From Octopus bimaculoides (taxonomy: Eukaryota): DNA of 64,000 bases. Each line of letters opens with the position of its first letter. The first letter of the stretch is position 1. Position numbers and translations under genes: made by a program. The DNA is taken from positions 84,526,512 to 84,590,511 of the forward strand of contig NC_068987.1 of NCBI RefSeq assembly GCF_001194135.2, written 5' to 3'. This document shows, piece after piece, positions 24,306-34,779 of the stretch. The notes under the pieces are model-generated. The model made no database searches and was not told the origin of the DNA. It worked only from the letters and a program-made list of their open reading frames with translations.

Positions 24306-24639
24306 TGGTCCGCACCGGAGCTGGCCACGGATTTGGGAAGTCTAGCAATTTTTCCACTTATAAAAACAACAAAAAGACCAGACTTAGTCATATGGAACAC
24401 AGAACAGAGAATAGGAATCTTGCTAGAACTGACAGTACCATGGGAAGAAAACATCGACAATGCAGAGAAACGAAAGGAGAAGAGATATGAAAAATTAATC
24501 GAAGAGTGCAGAGAACAGGGATGGACTGTCGAGTACTACCATCTGGCAGTGGGGGCTAGAGGCTTCATTGAAAATGACAACGCTATTCAAGAGAAGATTT
24601 GCGTTTTCAAACTCGGAACTGAGAAAACTGATAAGGAGG
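24306..24639 (+). mobile_element. non-LTR retrotransposon fragment: restriction-like endonuclease (RLE) domain, HERO-like
   Basis: Translation …ELATDLGSLAIFPLIKTTKRPDLVIWN…ILLELTVPWEENIDNAEKRKEKRYEKLIEECREQGW…LAVGARGFI contains the RPD…ELTVPWE…KxxRY…GW…G.RGF motifs of HERO-type RLE domains. A frameshift near 24570 continues as TTLFKRRFAFSNSELRKLIRR. It is cut off by an assembly gap. Confidence 0.88.
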
Positions 24640-25408
24640 NNNNNNNNNNNNNNNNNNNNNNNNNNNNNNNNNNNNNNNNNNNNNNNNNNNNNNNNNNNNN
24701 NNNNNNNNNNNNNNNNNNNNNNNNNNNNNNNNNNNNNNNNNNNNNNNNNNNNNNNNNNNNNNNNNNNNNNNNNNNNNNNNNNNNNNNNNNNNNNNNNNNN
24801 NNNNNNNNNNNNNNNNNNNNNNNNNNNNNNNNNNNNNNNNNNNNNNNNNNNNNNNNNNNNNNNNNNNNNNNNNNNNNNNNNNNNNNNNNNNNNNNNNNNN
24901 NNNNNNNNNNNNNNNNNNNNNNNNNNNNNNNNNNNNNNNNNNNNNNNNNNNNNNNNNNNNNNNNNNNNNNNNNNNNNNNNNNNNNNNNNNNNNNNNNNNN
25001 NNNNNNNNNNNNNNNNNNNNNNNNNNNNNNNNNNNNNNNNNNNNNNNNNNNNNNNNNNNNNNNNNNNNNNNNNNNNNNNNNNNNNNNNNNNNNNNNNNNN
25101 NNNNNNNNNNNNNNNNNNNNNNNNNNNNNNNNNNNNNNNNNNNNNNNNNNNNNNNNNNNNNNNNNNNNNNNNNNNNNNNNNNNNNNNNNNNNNNNNNNNN
25201 NNNNNNNNNNNNNNNNNNNNNNNNNNNNNNNNNNNNNNNNNNNNNNNNNNNNNNNNNNNNNNNNNNNNNNNNNNNNNNNNNNNNNNNNNNNNNNNNNNNN
25301 NNNNNNNNNNNNNNNNNNNNNNNNNNNNNNNNNNNNNNNNNNNNNNNNNNNNNNNNNNNNNNNNNNNNNNNNNNNNNNNNNNNNNNNNNNNNNNNNNNNN
25401 NNNNNNNN

Positions 25409-25700
25409 GGGAAGGTATGTCAGATGAAAGTAATTCAACAACGTGGGTTGATGAACCGTAAGACGTGTGGCCAGAACCTCCTGGAAAATAACCATAGCGA
25501 GGGACAGTCCACAGTTGAATTAGAACAGTCACAAACAGTGAAAGAAGACATGCACCCAACACCAGAGCTGAAGACACCTCCGAAAGGGGGTGGCCCCGCC
25601 ACGTCAAAACGGTAGAGGAGTAGGGGCCGAAACCGGACGTGGTTCCTCCTGATGATGTCTTGAGTTAACTGGATCCTATAAAGGAGCTGTTGTGGTAGCA
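25409..25700 (+). mobile_element. probable C-terminus and 3' UTR of the same HERO-like element
   Basis: Post-gap sequence reads EGMSDESNSTTWVDEP*, resembling the short W-containing C-terminal tail of these proteins. It is followed by GC-richer non-coding sequence. The end point is uncertain. Confidence 0.45.
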
Positions 25701-27810
25701 GACCACGAAACATGGTTGAAATTCCTCAGATGTAGGACTTCAGAAACAAAACAAACACGACTTCGCTCGGTCGATGTGAATATGCCAACACCGACAAATT
25801 TGGACTGTTTCCTCAACCTGCCTGCATCGTAGACGGGTTCGGTTGCTGGCAGCTTTAACTCGCCCATACCTGTAGATTTTACTTTGATTAGATAATGCAT
25901 GTCCGTTGTATAATGTCTATTATCATCACCTTAAAATTCGCGAGAAGAAATGATCTTGTCGACGCTTAGAATAAATCTCATCTTATCGTTGATCAGATCT
26001 TCCAGCACCCCTGTACAAAATGTGCAAATCTGCCAGAAGAATAAAGGCAGTGAAAACCTGGCAACAGTTACTAAAGGTCCAAATTCCATCAGTGATTGAG
26101 CCAAATCTATAGCTCATCCATAAATATTATGACGAAAATGTGTATCGAACTGCAGATATGTTAGTTTGCCAAAACGGTATTGGGCAGTAATCTGCGAATT
26201 TTTTGAACACAAGTTAATATCAAATCGACACCCTGACTCAAGGAACTGTCCAAACCCGTCGATAGTATGTCGCCAGAGTGATATAAATTTCAATTTGTCT
26301 CCTCCCATTTCTGGATGAGGCTGATCAACCAAAAATATACTAATGGAAATAAATATGAACAAAATTAATAACAAATATTTCTCAAGATAAAGATAAGTAG
26401 TATTAAAAAATCATATATCTCCCTACAGACCAAGGATTGTAACCGCCAAGATACTAACAAAAACTAAAGCAAACTGCAAACCAGACCGTTACGTACTTAA
26501 TATAAACGAAAAAGAATTCGCTTACGCCAAGTTGCCAAGATAAGCACACACTCCGTCAGATCCGCTAATACAGAATTACAAAAAATCATAAACCATACCA
26601 AACAAATTGGAGGGCAAATATGTAGAGAGAGAAAATAAAAGAAATTAGTTAAGCTTTAATATAAGTAATAACTACTCATATATATTATAGACGCAATTAT
26701 GAAAATCGAAACAACGCTTGTGACGAGAAATACTTTCTAAATAGTATCAACACAAACACGTTGAGACAATTAGTTGAACGAAGCAGCATTCAACTCCAAC
26801 CTGAAAAGTTTATGAAAAACATGTGACTATACTTCTTATATGTGGGTCGTGGAAATGTTATCTATGAATAAAATAACAGCATTAGAAAGAAAGATGAAAT
26901 ACTTCTTGATGAAATGTCATCCATAAATGGCAAAGAATTCTGTAGATACAGACAGAAGGAGACGTATAAAGCAACCAAATTCATAATATTTTCATAACAA
27001 GAGGCATCTTTCAACTAATTTCTAGTGTCCGCCTGTCAGAGGAAGTTCTTGGGAAGGCAATAAGACAGGACAATATTGCACAAGATCTCACTTCGGACGA
27101 TCCTTTCAAACTGCTATTTTCTTTTTTAGTCTTCATTATTGATGTGATGTAATTCGGCAAGGTGGCAGAATTTTTGTGTGTCGGGAAAAATATTTAGTCG
27201 CATTTCTTCCAGCATTAGTCCTAACTTCAGATTTATTCCGATGTCTTGTTTTCTCCTTTTCATCTTTTCGCGGTCGATCAAATAAAGAACCAGTTGAGAT
27301 CGAGGGTCATCGCCATCAACTATCTCCACACTTCCAAAATTTCTGGCCTTCTGCCCATAGTAATAAGAATTATTTTCGTGATATGAGAAGACGATCGTGT
27401 GCGCATGCATTTTGTTGTTGTTGTTGGTGTTGTTGGTATTATTGTTACTTTTCATTATGCTATTCAAATTTGTGTTTTCGGAAATTAAATTGTGACTGGA
27501 CGTAAGAGAGTATTAAAATATTTTAATATCATTTTTCTCTGTTCCTCTTCATATTTTTTCAATTCATTTATTTATTTGTTTATTCGGAATTATGTTTATC
27601 TTTTAATTTTAATTTTTTTTTGTGTGTGTTAAAAAAATATATTACTGTTTCTTGTTTCCTTTTCGATGACTCGCTTACTTCAGTAAGCTAATTCATGGTT
27701 ATTTTCTAATTTTGTTTCCAAGCTTACTGCTCCGCCTAGTAAACAATGTCATTTTCATGTATGTATATGTATATCTGTGTATATATATATATATATACAC
27801 GCACACACAC

Positions 27811-27876
<66 letters not shown>

Positions 27877-29494
27877 TGTCTCTATTTATATATGTATGTG
27901 TATGTATATGTATATGTGTATATATATGTGTATATGTATGTATATATAGCGGTGTGTGTTTGTGTGTTCATGAATTTCTGGAAACATAACTGAAGTTGTT
28001 TTTGACCTCTTGCCTCTCCCATGCATCACGTGGTACACAGGACACGTTTACTTGGCGTCCATGCATCATATATGATATACATTCCCAATAGTACTCCTGT
28101 CTACCTCAGCTATTGATGCAAACCTTCCTACTTTCCAAACAACTCAAGTCTGTAAAACTAAGGAAAAGAAAGGTAAATAATATCTGTCCCATAAAACTAA
28201 TCAATAAAACAAAACGGCCTTGAGATACGTCCATTCATGCCAAACACAAATGTATGATAATGAATTTTGCATAGGTATAAGGCCTGAATATTAAATAGAC
28301 CCCAGCAGCAGGTCTAGTTTTATATTTTATCTAACATGGAGGGATGGAGGCAAATTGATTTTCCACGGCTGAATTCAGAACGTAAAGATCTGGATGAAAT
28401 ATTGTATTTCATTTTGTCCATTTTCTATAAATCGGTCACCAAAATGTAATAAGATTTAAATTATTTTTTTACTAACTTTGTCAGACTGTCGGCAATTTTG
28501 AAAGGATTGGGAACGTCTATTACATTAACATCAGTATGCGGTTGGTACACATTTAATCAACTCCGAAAGGAGAAAAAGCAAAGCTGACTTAAGCGGGATG
28601 TAACTACAGAACGTTAAGAGCCGGAAAAAATTATTATTTATTTTGTCCGGTGTTTTATCGATTTTAGAAATACACTGTACCAGCAATAACAACCCTTTCT
28701 TCTTTAGGGACAATTTTTGAAACTTTAGGAGAAGCATTGCTGGTTCGAAATGAACTGTAGAGACACAGTAGGTTTCTTTTGGCAAACATGTCCACCAGAC
28801 ATATATTGTGGTGTAATTCTATACTGGAGTTATCTGCGAATATCACACTGTTGACTCATTGAAACACGCTGACTTCCGGCTAAAATAATATGTCTTGTCT
28901 CTAGATCTGGCCCTGAAGTGATGGTAGTACCCGAGGGATAGTAAGTGAAGTGAATAAGTTCTAGATATCTGTATGTAATTTCAATATTACAATCACCATA
29001 AGTCTTATATATATCGTTACCAGGGCAGTGTATTATTTAGGCAATCATCCGTCGTGATCTCCTGCAACCCTGTAGGAACTAACAACTCTTCATGCTTTCT
29101 CAATTATAACCTTGATTACCCTAGCAAATTGTTTGCATTTCCATGGCTTGCAGCACATTCTTTAACACAAGCAAACATCGGTCCTGTCATAAGACAAAGA
29201 AAGTTTGAAACGACCGAGACTACCAACACGTTTCTCAACTGGGTTTTTGCTTATAAATCAGTTTTATTGTATTTACTGACTGTATCTCAATTAGTATTAT
29301 AAACACTACTTTATTTAATCTAATCAACATCAAAATAATCTTTTTCATTCCAATTATGATTTATTGTTTACACTCGTTCTCTAATTATCCACTTAACTTA
29401 CTCATTAATTTCGCCATTGTTGGTTTTTTTATGCAACAATCGATCTATAATTTCTTAATCACACTGTCGTTAATGTATGACAAATAATATTTTC

Positions 29495-29697
29495 TACTTT
29501 AGGCACAAGGCCTGCAATTTGGGGGGGGGGACTAGTCGATTACATCGACCCCAGTGTTTCACTGGTACTTAGTTTATCGACTCCAAAATGATGAAAGGCA
29601 TAATCGACCTCGGCGAAATTTGAACTCAGAACGTAACGGCAGACGAAAAACCGCTAAGCATTTCGTCCAGCTTGCTAACGATTCTGCCAGCTTTCCG
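29495..29697 (-). mobile_element. family A SINE
   Basis: TTTAGGCACAAGGCC…GTCGATTACATCGACCCCAG…CGACCTCGGCGAAATTTGAACTCAGAACG…CTGCCAGCT. Confidence 0.92.
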
Positions 29698-29974
29698 CCT
29701 TCATATACGACACATAATATAACGTACGTTCAATTAGGTTCCCGTCATGAAAGTAAAAACGATCTCAGTATATACTGAAGCAGTATCTTTCAACGCGTTC
29801 TTCTTTATTCGCTTCTAACAATAGAAGAACTAGCTATATACGGGTTAATTTTCTTCGTATCCATTTATATTGTCGTGGCAGCTTATGTTGTCATGGGCAA
29901 ATTAAAATATTTTATTATTTATTCTTAGCCTAGAATTATACTAACGTATGGGCAGTGACTTTCATATACTGAAA

Positions 29975-30325
29975 ACTTACTTTTAAGCGTAGTACTTATT
30001 CTCTTGGTCTTTTAGCCCCAGCGCTAAGTCACGGAGACCTAAACACATCGATACAGGGATGACGTGAACAGACCAACACCGGGGATCGTAAACACACCAA
30101 CATCGTGGGACGTAAATATACCACCGGAGAACGTAAACACACACATATAGATACGAACACATATTTATAGAACTGACTTATTTTAGCTTCCGTCTGCCAA
30201 ATTCACTTACAAAGCTTTTTTCGGCCCGAGGTTACACTAGAATACACCTAAGGTTCCGATCAGTGGAACTGAACTCGAGACCGTATGGTGGAGAAGCAAG
30301 CCTCTTACCCTACAGCCACGCCTGC
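29975..30325 (-). mobile_element. degenerate family B SINE
   Basis: AGTACTTATTCTCTTGGTC, GGCCCGAGG and TACAGCCACGCCTGC motifs. Confidence 0.75.
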
Positions 30326-30377
30326 ACGCTACACTCGGTATAATCGGTTATACCGATATTTCAAACAGTATTACCTT

Positions 30378-30514
30378 GTACATTATTTACATTATTTACA
30401 TTTGACGGGCATATAGCGTAGTGGTTAACAGCACGGGCTACTAACCCCAAGATTCCGAATTTGATTCCAAGCAGTGACCTGAATAATAATAATCATAATA
30501 ATAATTATGACAAC

Positions 30515-30576
<62 letters not shown>

Positions 30577-30786
30577 CATCAAAAACTACCTTAAGAATAA
30601 GAACCAAGGTTCGAAATTTTCCCAAGACACCTGATGAAGGCTGGACGGTATATCAGCCGAAACGTTGTTTTAACAACAAACAAGAGGAAGACAAATATCC
30701 GTCAAATGTAAATAATGTAAATAATGTAAATAGTGTAAATAATGTAAATAATGTGCATAATTCCTCATCTCTTAAATATAGAACTG
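30378..30786 (+). mobile_element. tRNA-head / (AAT)n / PLE-like terminal repeat element with hammerhead (family 1), copy A
   Basis: 29-bp inverted terminal piece (30378-30406), tRNA-like head (30407-30479), (AAT)n, and hammerhead (30626-30671). It ends TCCTCATCTCTTAAATATAGAACTG. TSD CAGTATTACCTT (30366-30377) and TAGTATTACTTT (30787-30798). Confidence 0.85.
30626..30671 (+). ncRNA. minimal type-I hammerhead ribozyme motif (family 1, best-preserved copy)
   Basis: GACAC-CUGAUGA-A-GGCUG-GACGGUAUAU-CAGCC-GAAAC-GUU-GUUUU. Core and stem II are intact; stem I has one mismatch relative to the GACAC/GUGUU pairing seen in the other copies. Confidence 0.75.
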
Positions 30787-31320
30787 TAGTATTACTTTGT
30801 ATTACTCAAATAACATACTCGGCCAAATAACAGTCGCTGGAATTTCAAAGTTAAAATGTTGAGGCTAAATGATCGAGTGTCTCTTGTATTAATTAGGAGG
30901 TGTGCAATATTGTTTGCGTGGTTGCGCAAAATTTAATTGTTTCGTTAGTTGTCGTATTAATGGAATTGTCAAGATGGTGGCAGTGATAGTTACCGGGGAA
31001 AGAAAGGGAGTCGAGGGTCTTTTTATCCTCTCGTCCAAGCGTGAAAATGAAAACCCTAATATCGACGAACCACCTGGTTATCAACCATTTCATGATGGAT
31101 GCAATGGAATATGAATAAAAGATTAGTTGTTGAGGGAATAATTTATCTCTTTTCAGCAAAATGGTTAAGAGAAAATTTAAAGTCTAATTTCAGAGGATTA
31201 ATGATCCCAACATAATGCCTTCAGCATCTACAGTGATTGCAGAAATAATGTTTTCAACAACTACATCAACAGGTAAACGAAATAATACAAACATGCATAC
31301 ATACATACTTTGCGCTTATT

Positions 31321-31358
31321 TCTTTCTGTAGAAGAGCGTAGGTTCGAAACGTCAAAGA
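31321..31358 (+). ncRNA. minimal type-I hammerhead motif, family 2 (CUGUAGA core, GUC cleavage triplet)
   Basis: UCUUU-CUGUAGA-A-GAGC-GUAG-GUUC-GAAAC-GUC-AAAGA. Stem I has 5 bp; stem II has one G-U pair. Confidence 0.6.
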
Positions 31359-31430
31359 CTTTTCCATTGTTCCTGAGCGCCAAACTTGTCTCCTCTCTCT
31401 TTTTCAATAAAAGTGAACTATATACATATC

Positions 31431-31841
31431 TACTCTTTTACTCTTTTACTTGTTTCAGTTATTTGACTGCGGCCATGCAGTAGCACCGCCTTGTAGTCGA
31501 GCAAATCGACCCCAGGACTTGTTCTTTGGAAGCCTAGTGCTTATTTTATCGGTATAGTTTGCCCAACCGCGAAGTTACGGGGACGTAAACACACCACCAT
31601 CGGTTGCCAAATGATGCTGGGGGGGACAAACACAGACACACAAACATATACACACACATACATATATATACATATATACGACAAGCTTCTTTCAGTTTCT
31701 GTCTACCAAATCCACTCACAAGGCTTTGGTCGGATCGAGGATATAGTAGAAGACACTTGCCCAAGGTGCTACGCAGTGGGAATGAACGCGAACCATGTGG
31801 TTGGTAAGCAAGCTACTTACCACACAGCCACTCCTGCGCCT
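31431..31841 (-). mobile_element. family B composite SINE (a second 3'-half fragment follows at about 31860-32045)
   Basis: Complete head …TACCACACAGCCACTCCTGCGCCT and tail TACTCTTTTACTCTTTTACT. Confidence 0.92.
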
Positions 31842-32089
31842 AGTTTTTTTTTATTATTTTACCTATTTCAGTCATTTTGACTATGGCCATGCTAGAGCAC
31901 TGCCTTTAGTTGAACGAATCAACCCCAGGAAGTATTCCTTGTAAGCCTAGTACTTACTATATCGGATCTCTTGCCGAACCGCTAATGTAAAGGGACGTGA
32001 AACATCAACATCAGTTGTCAAATGACAGTGGAGAGACACACTCAGACGCAAACATATCCATACATACATATATAAATATATACTTATAT

Positions 32090-32467
32090 AGTGAGTCCTT
32101 GTTGAGTGAGTTGAATCTAGATATAGGTGGCTTATCTGGTATTCCTTGAAGAAATTTGTCCAGACTCCGTTTAAAGGTGATAGGATCCATTTCCTTTTTG
32201 ATCAGTTTTCGGGCAATGTTAAACAGGGCAGGGCTTGTTGAGGAAAAGAAATTGTGTTGCAGTGTACCTATATGTTGTGATCCTGAATTGGGAAGGGGAC
32301 TGTGGCTCGTGGTCCCAGTCTTGGATGAACCTTGAAGCTAATGTTCAGGTCGTTTGTGCAATGCTGGCGGTATATTCACCACATCGTGCAAATGATGTAC
32401 TGCTCGCTTGAGAGAGTAAAGTTTCAAGGCTTTAAGTTGGTCCCAATAATCGAGATCGGTGATGCCC
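32090..32467 (-). mobile_element. CR1/L2-clade LINE 3' fragment (post-RT C-terminus), frameshifted
   Basis: Minus-strand translation across frameshifts: GITDLDYWDQLKALKLYSL / YIICTMW*IYRQHCTNDLNISFKVHPRLGPRA / HNFFSSTSPALFNIARKLIKKEMDPITFKRSLDKFLQGIPDKPPISRFNSLNKDSL. This is the typical YW..LK.L.LYSL…F…LDKFL..IPD.P end of invertebrate CR1/L2 ORF2. Confidence 0.85.
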
Positions 32468-33126
32468 TTAATTCGTATACATAATTATTTATGTATGTAT
32501 ATGCGCCTTTTGGGGATTCTCTTGGTATATTGATACAAAGAAGGCGGTAGAAGTTTAAATGACTTGGTGCAAAAAAACCGCCAAAAATCCGCTAGTGGGT
32601 TAATCCCCAAAACCCCGAAACATTACTTGCTACAATTAACAACGAAATCACCAGTCATTCACTTACCATCGTGGTCTTCCAATAGAAATATACTGGTATA
32701 CGTAGTCAAAGATACAGAACTTAAAAGATGATATTAGAATGACTGACGTGACTGAAACTCATTTGATCATAAGTGTTTTTGAATAGGGAGACTGCAAAAG
32801 AAAACCGCTACGGAACATTTGATTGACTACTGAACATAAAACAAAACGAAGGTTGTGGGCAGGGCAGGATTTATACTTGCATTGCTATCCAGAATCAATC
32901 AATATTTGCAAGTACCACTGAAACAGAAAGCTGGCTGTGAATTGGGACGGCCTGTGGTCTAGCAAATTCGCTAACAGGGTAGTGAAATTGTCGAGAATGT
33001 CTTCGCTGAATAAGCTTGTGTTCACACCGCAATATAATCAGAACACAAAACTACTAGAAACAAACCACCATTTTAAATCAGAGTAACCTAGAATCTATAT
33101 TTTTCTTATCTGTATGTATTAAATAG

Positions 33127-33159
<33 letters not shown>

Positions 33160-33324
33160 GTCTGTCTGTCTAACCATCTGTCTGCCTCTCTGTCTGTCTA
33201 CCGATCGGTTGAGTGATCTATGTGTGTGTATTGTTTGCCTTTCACTCTCTTTCTATCTCATACACACACAAACACACACACACACAAACACACACACACG
33301 CAAACACACACACACACACACACG

Positions 33325-33368
<44 letters not shown>

Positions 33369-33384
33369 TATATATATATATATA

Positions 33385-33545
33385 TGGGAGAATATACAAA
33401 TAATAACAACAGACGAGGACAGGTGGTGTAAATAACAAAAGTATATATTAGTATGACGCTCGGGAATACGGAAAGTCTTTGACGTTTCGAGCTACGCTCT
33501 TCAACAGAAAGAATACGGAGACAAGGAGAAAAACACGGAGAAAAA
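33385..33545 (-). mobile_element. short PLE-like repeat (hammerhead family 2), abutting (TA)n
   Basis: Homologous to 6765-6945. Its 3' end reads …TATTCTCCCA followed by (TA)n. Confidence 0.7.
33476..33512 (-). ncRNA. minimal type-I hammerhead motif, family 2 (CUGUUGA core)
   Basis: Minus strand: UCUUU-CUGUUGA-A-GAGC-GUA-GCUC-GAAAC-GUC-AAAGA. Confidence 0.6.
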
Positions 33546-34779
33546 AAATTGAATAGTGTTCAGTCAACGGTCAAAGATAGGGGGAACTTCATATATTGCC
33601 TGTTTTGAGGTTCGTATATATATGTTTGAAAATGGAAGCAAATAAAGAAACTTAAAAAGAAAACAAAACCTAGAAAATTTGATCAAGTGATACATTAATT
33701 GCTAATGAATCCGAAGGCTTGATCTTCGTTCACTGAGAAACACTGTAGAGAATTCTTTGATATCAGAATGCATTAGTTGTATCACTTGACCTAATAAAGC
33801 GCCTCTATGTTTTTGCTTGTACATCAAAAAATTGAAGCCAGATCTCTCTTAAAATTCACTTCGATATCTTAAAGAAGAAAACAGAAACATCATGGTTGGA
33901 AAGTCTTTGTTTGTAGGTTTCGTTGAAGGTTAAACAGAACTAATACGAAAAATGACAGCATATAACTTAAATGTTGTTGTACTATTGATAGCTACGTTTA
34001 AGGTGGCGAGCTAACAGAATAGTTATGTGTCTACCTGACGCACAACAAAAGGTTGTGTCACACAAAAGAAAACATTGAAAGATTGAAAGAGTTAACTATA
34101 AACTCATTGGCTTTTGAATGTTTATTTTTGCGTATAACATTTCGTTTGAGCTATTTTATTCCCCCTCGAGATCTGTAGTACAACTCATGTAAACAATGTG
34201 ACAATGAATCGGTAAATATCCATATAACTGTAGGACGTCACACAGAGACTGAGATTCAACCTCTCCGGCGAATAAGAAAAAAAATCAAAACGGAAAAAAA
34301 AAACGTCAGATATTAATCTTTACATATATGACGACATCTTGAAGCATATATTAACCTCCACTTCAAGTATGGAACTAACATAACGCCTGCAAATATACTT
34401 TATAGTACATTTCTTTCAACTTACATTGCAGTCTTCTGTATATCACACTGGTTTATACGCTTTAACACACATATCACGTTAAAAATATATTTCTTGTTTT
34501 TCACGACATAAAAAGCTATTTTCTTTTGTCTTTCTTCTTTCTCTGTAACTCACAAATAAAGACAGAAACATACATACATACGTATAATTTTACATAAATA
34601 TGTTGGGCAACACCAAGTGAACGGTGAAGAAGCGGGCGACTTCTTTTTTCAAGAGTATACTCAACATTAAAATAATAGGCAAAAATTATGTAAAAAAAGC
34701 TTTTGTATGAATATTATGAGTGTACAACCAAGGCTACCTGGACTAACGTTCTTAAACAGAAATTTGGAGGAGGAACACT

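Noticed and set aside
25620-25665. Possible type-II hammerhead (CGAAAC…GGTT…CTGATGA) in the HERO-like 3' region
   Set aside because: Only 4 nt (CCTC) separate the cleavage triplet from CTGATGA, so stem I cannot form, and stem II pairing is poor.
30335-30356. Perfect 9-bp hairpin TCGGTATAA-TCGG-TTATACCGA just upstream of family-1 copy A
   Set aside because: It lies outside the TSD and is not seen next to the other copies, so it is probably incidental.
30407-30479. tRNA gene call for the family-1 head
   Set aside because: It has A/B boxes and an anticodon-like loop but no proper acceptor stem, and it is embedded in a repeated element. It is a tRNA-derived promoter only.
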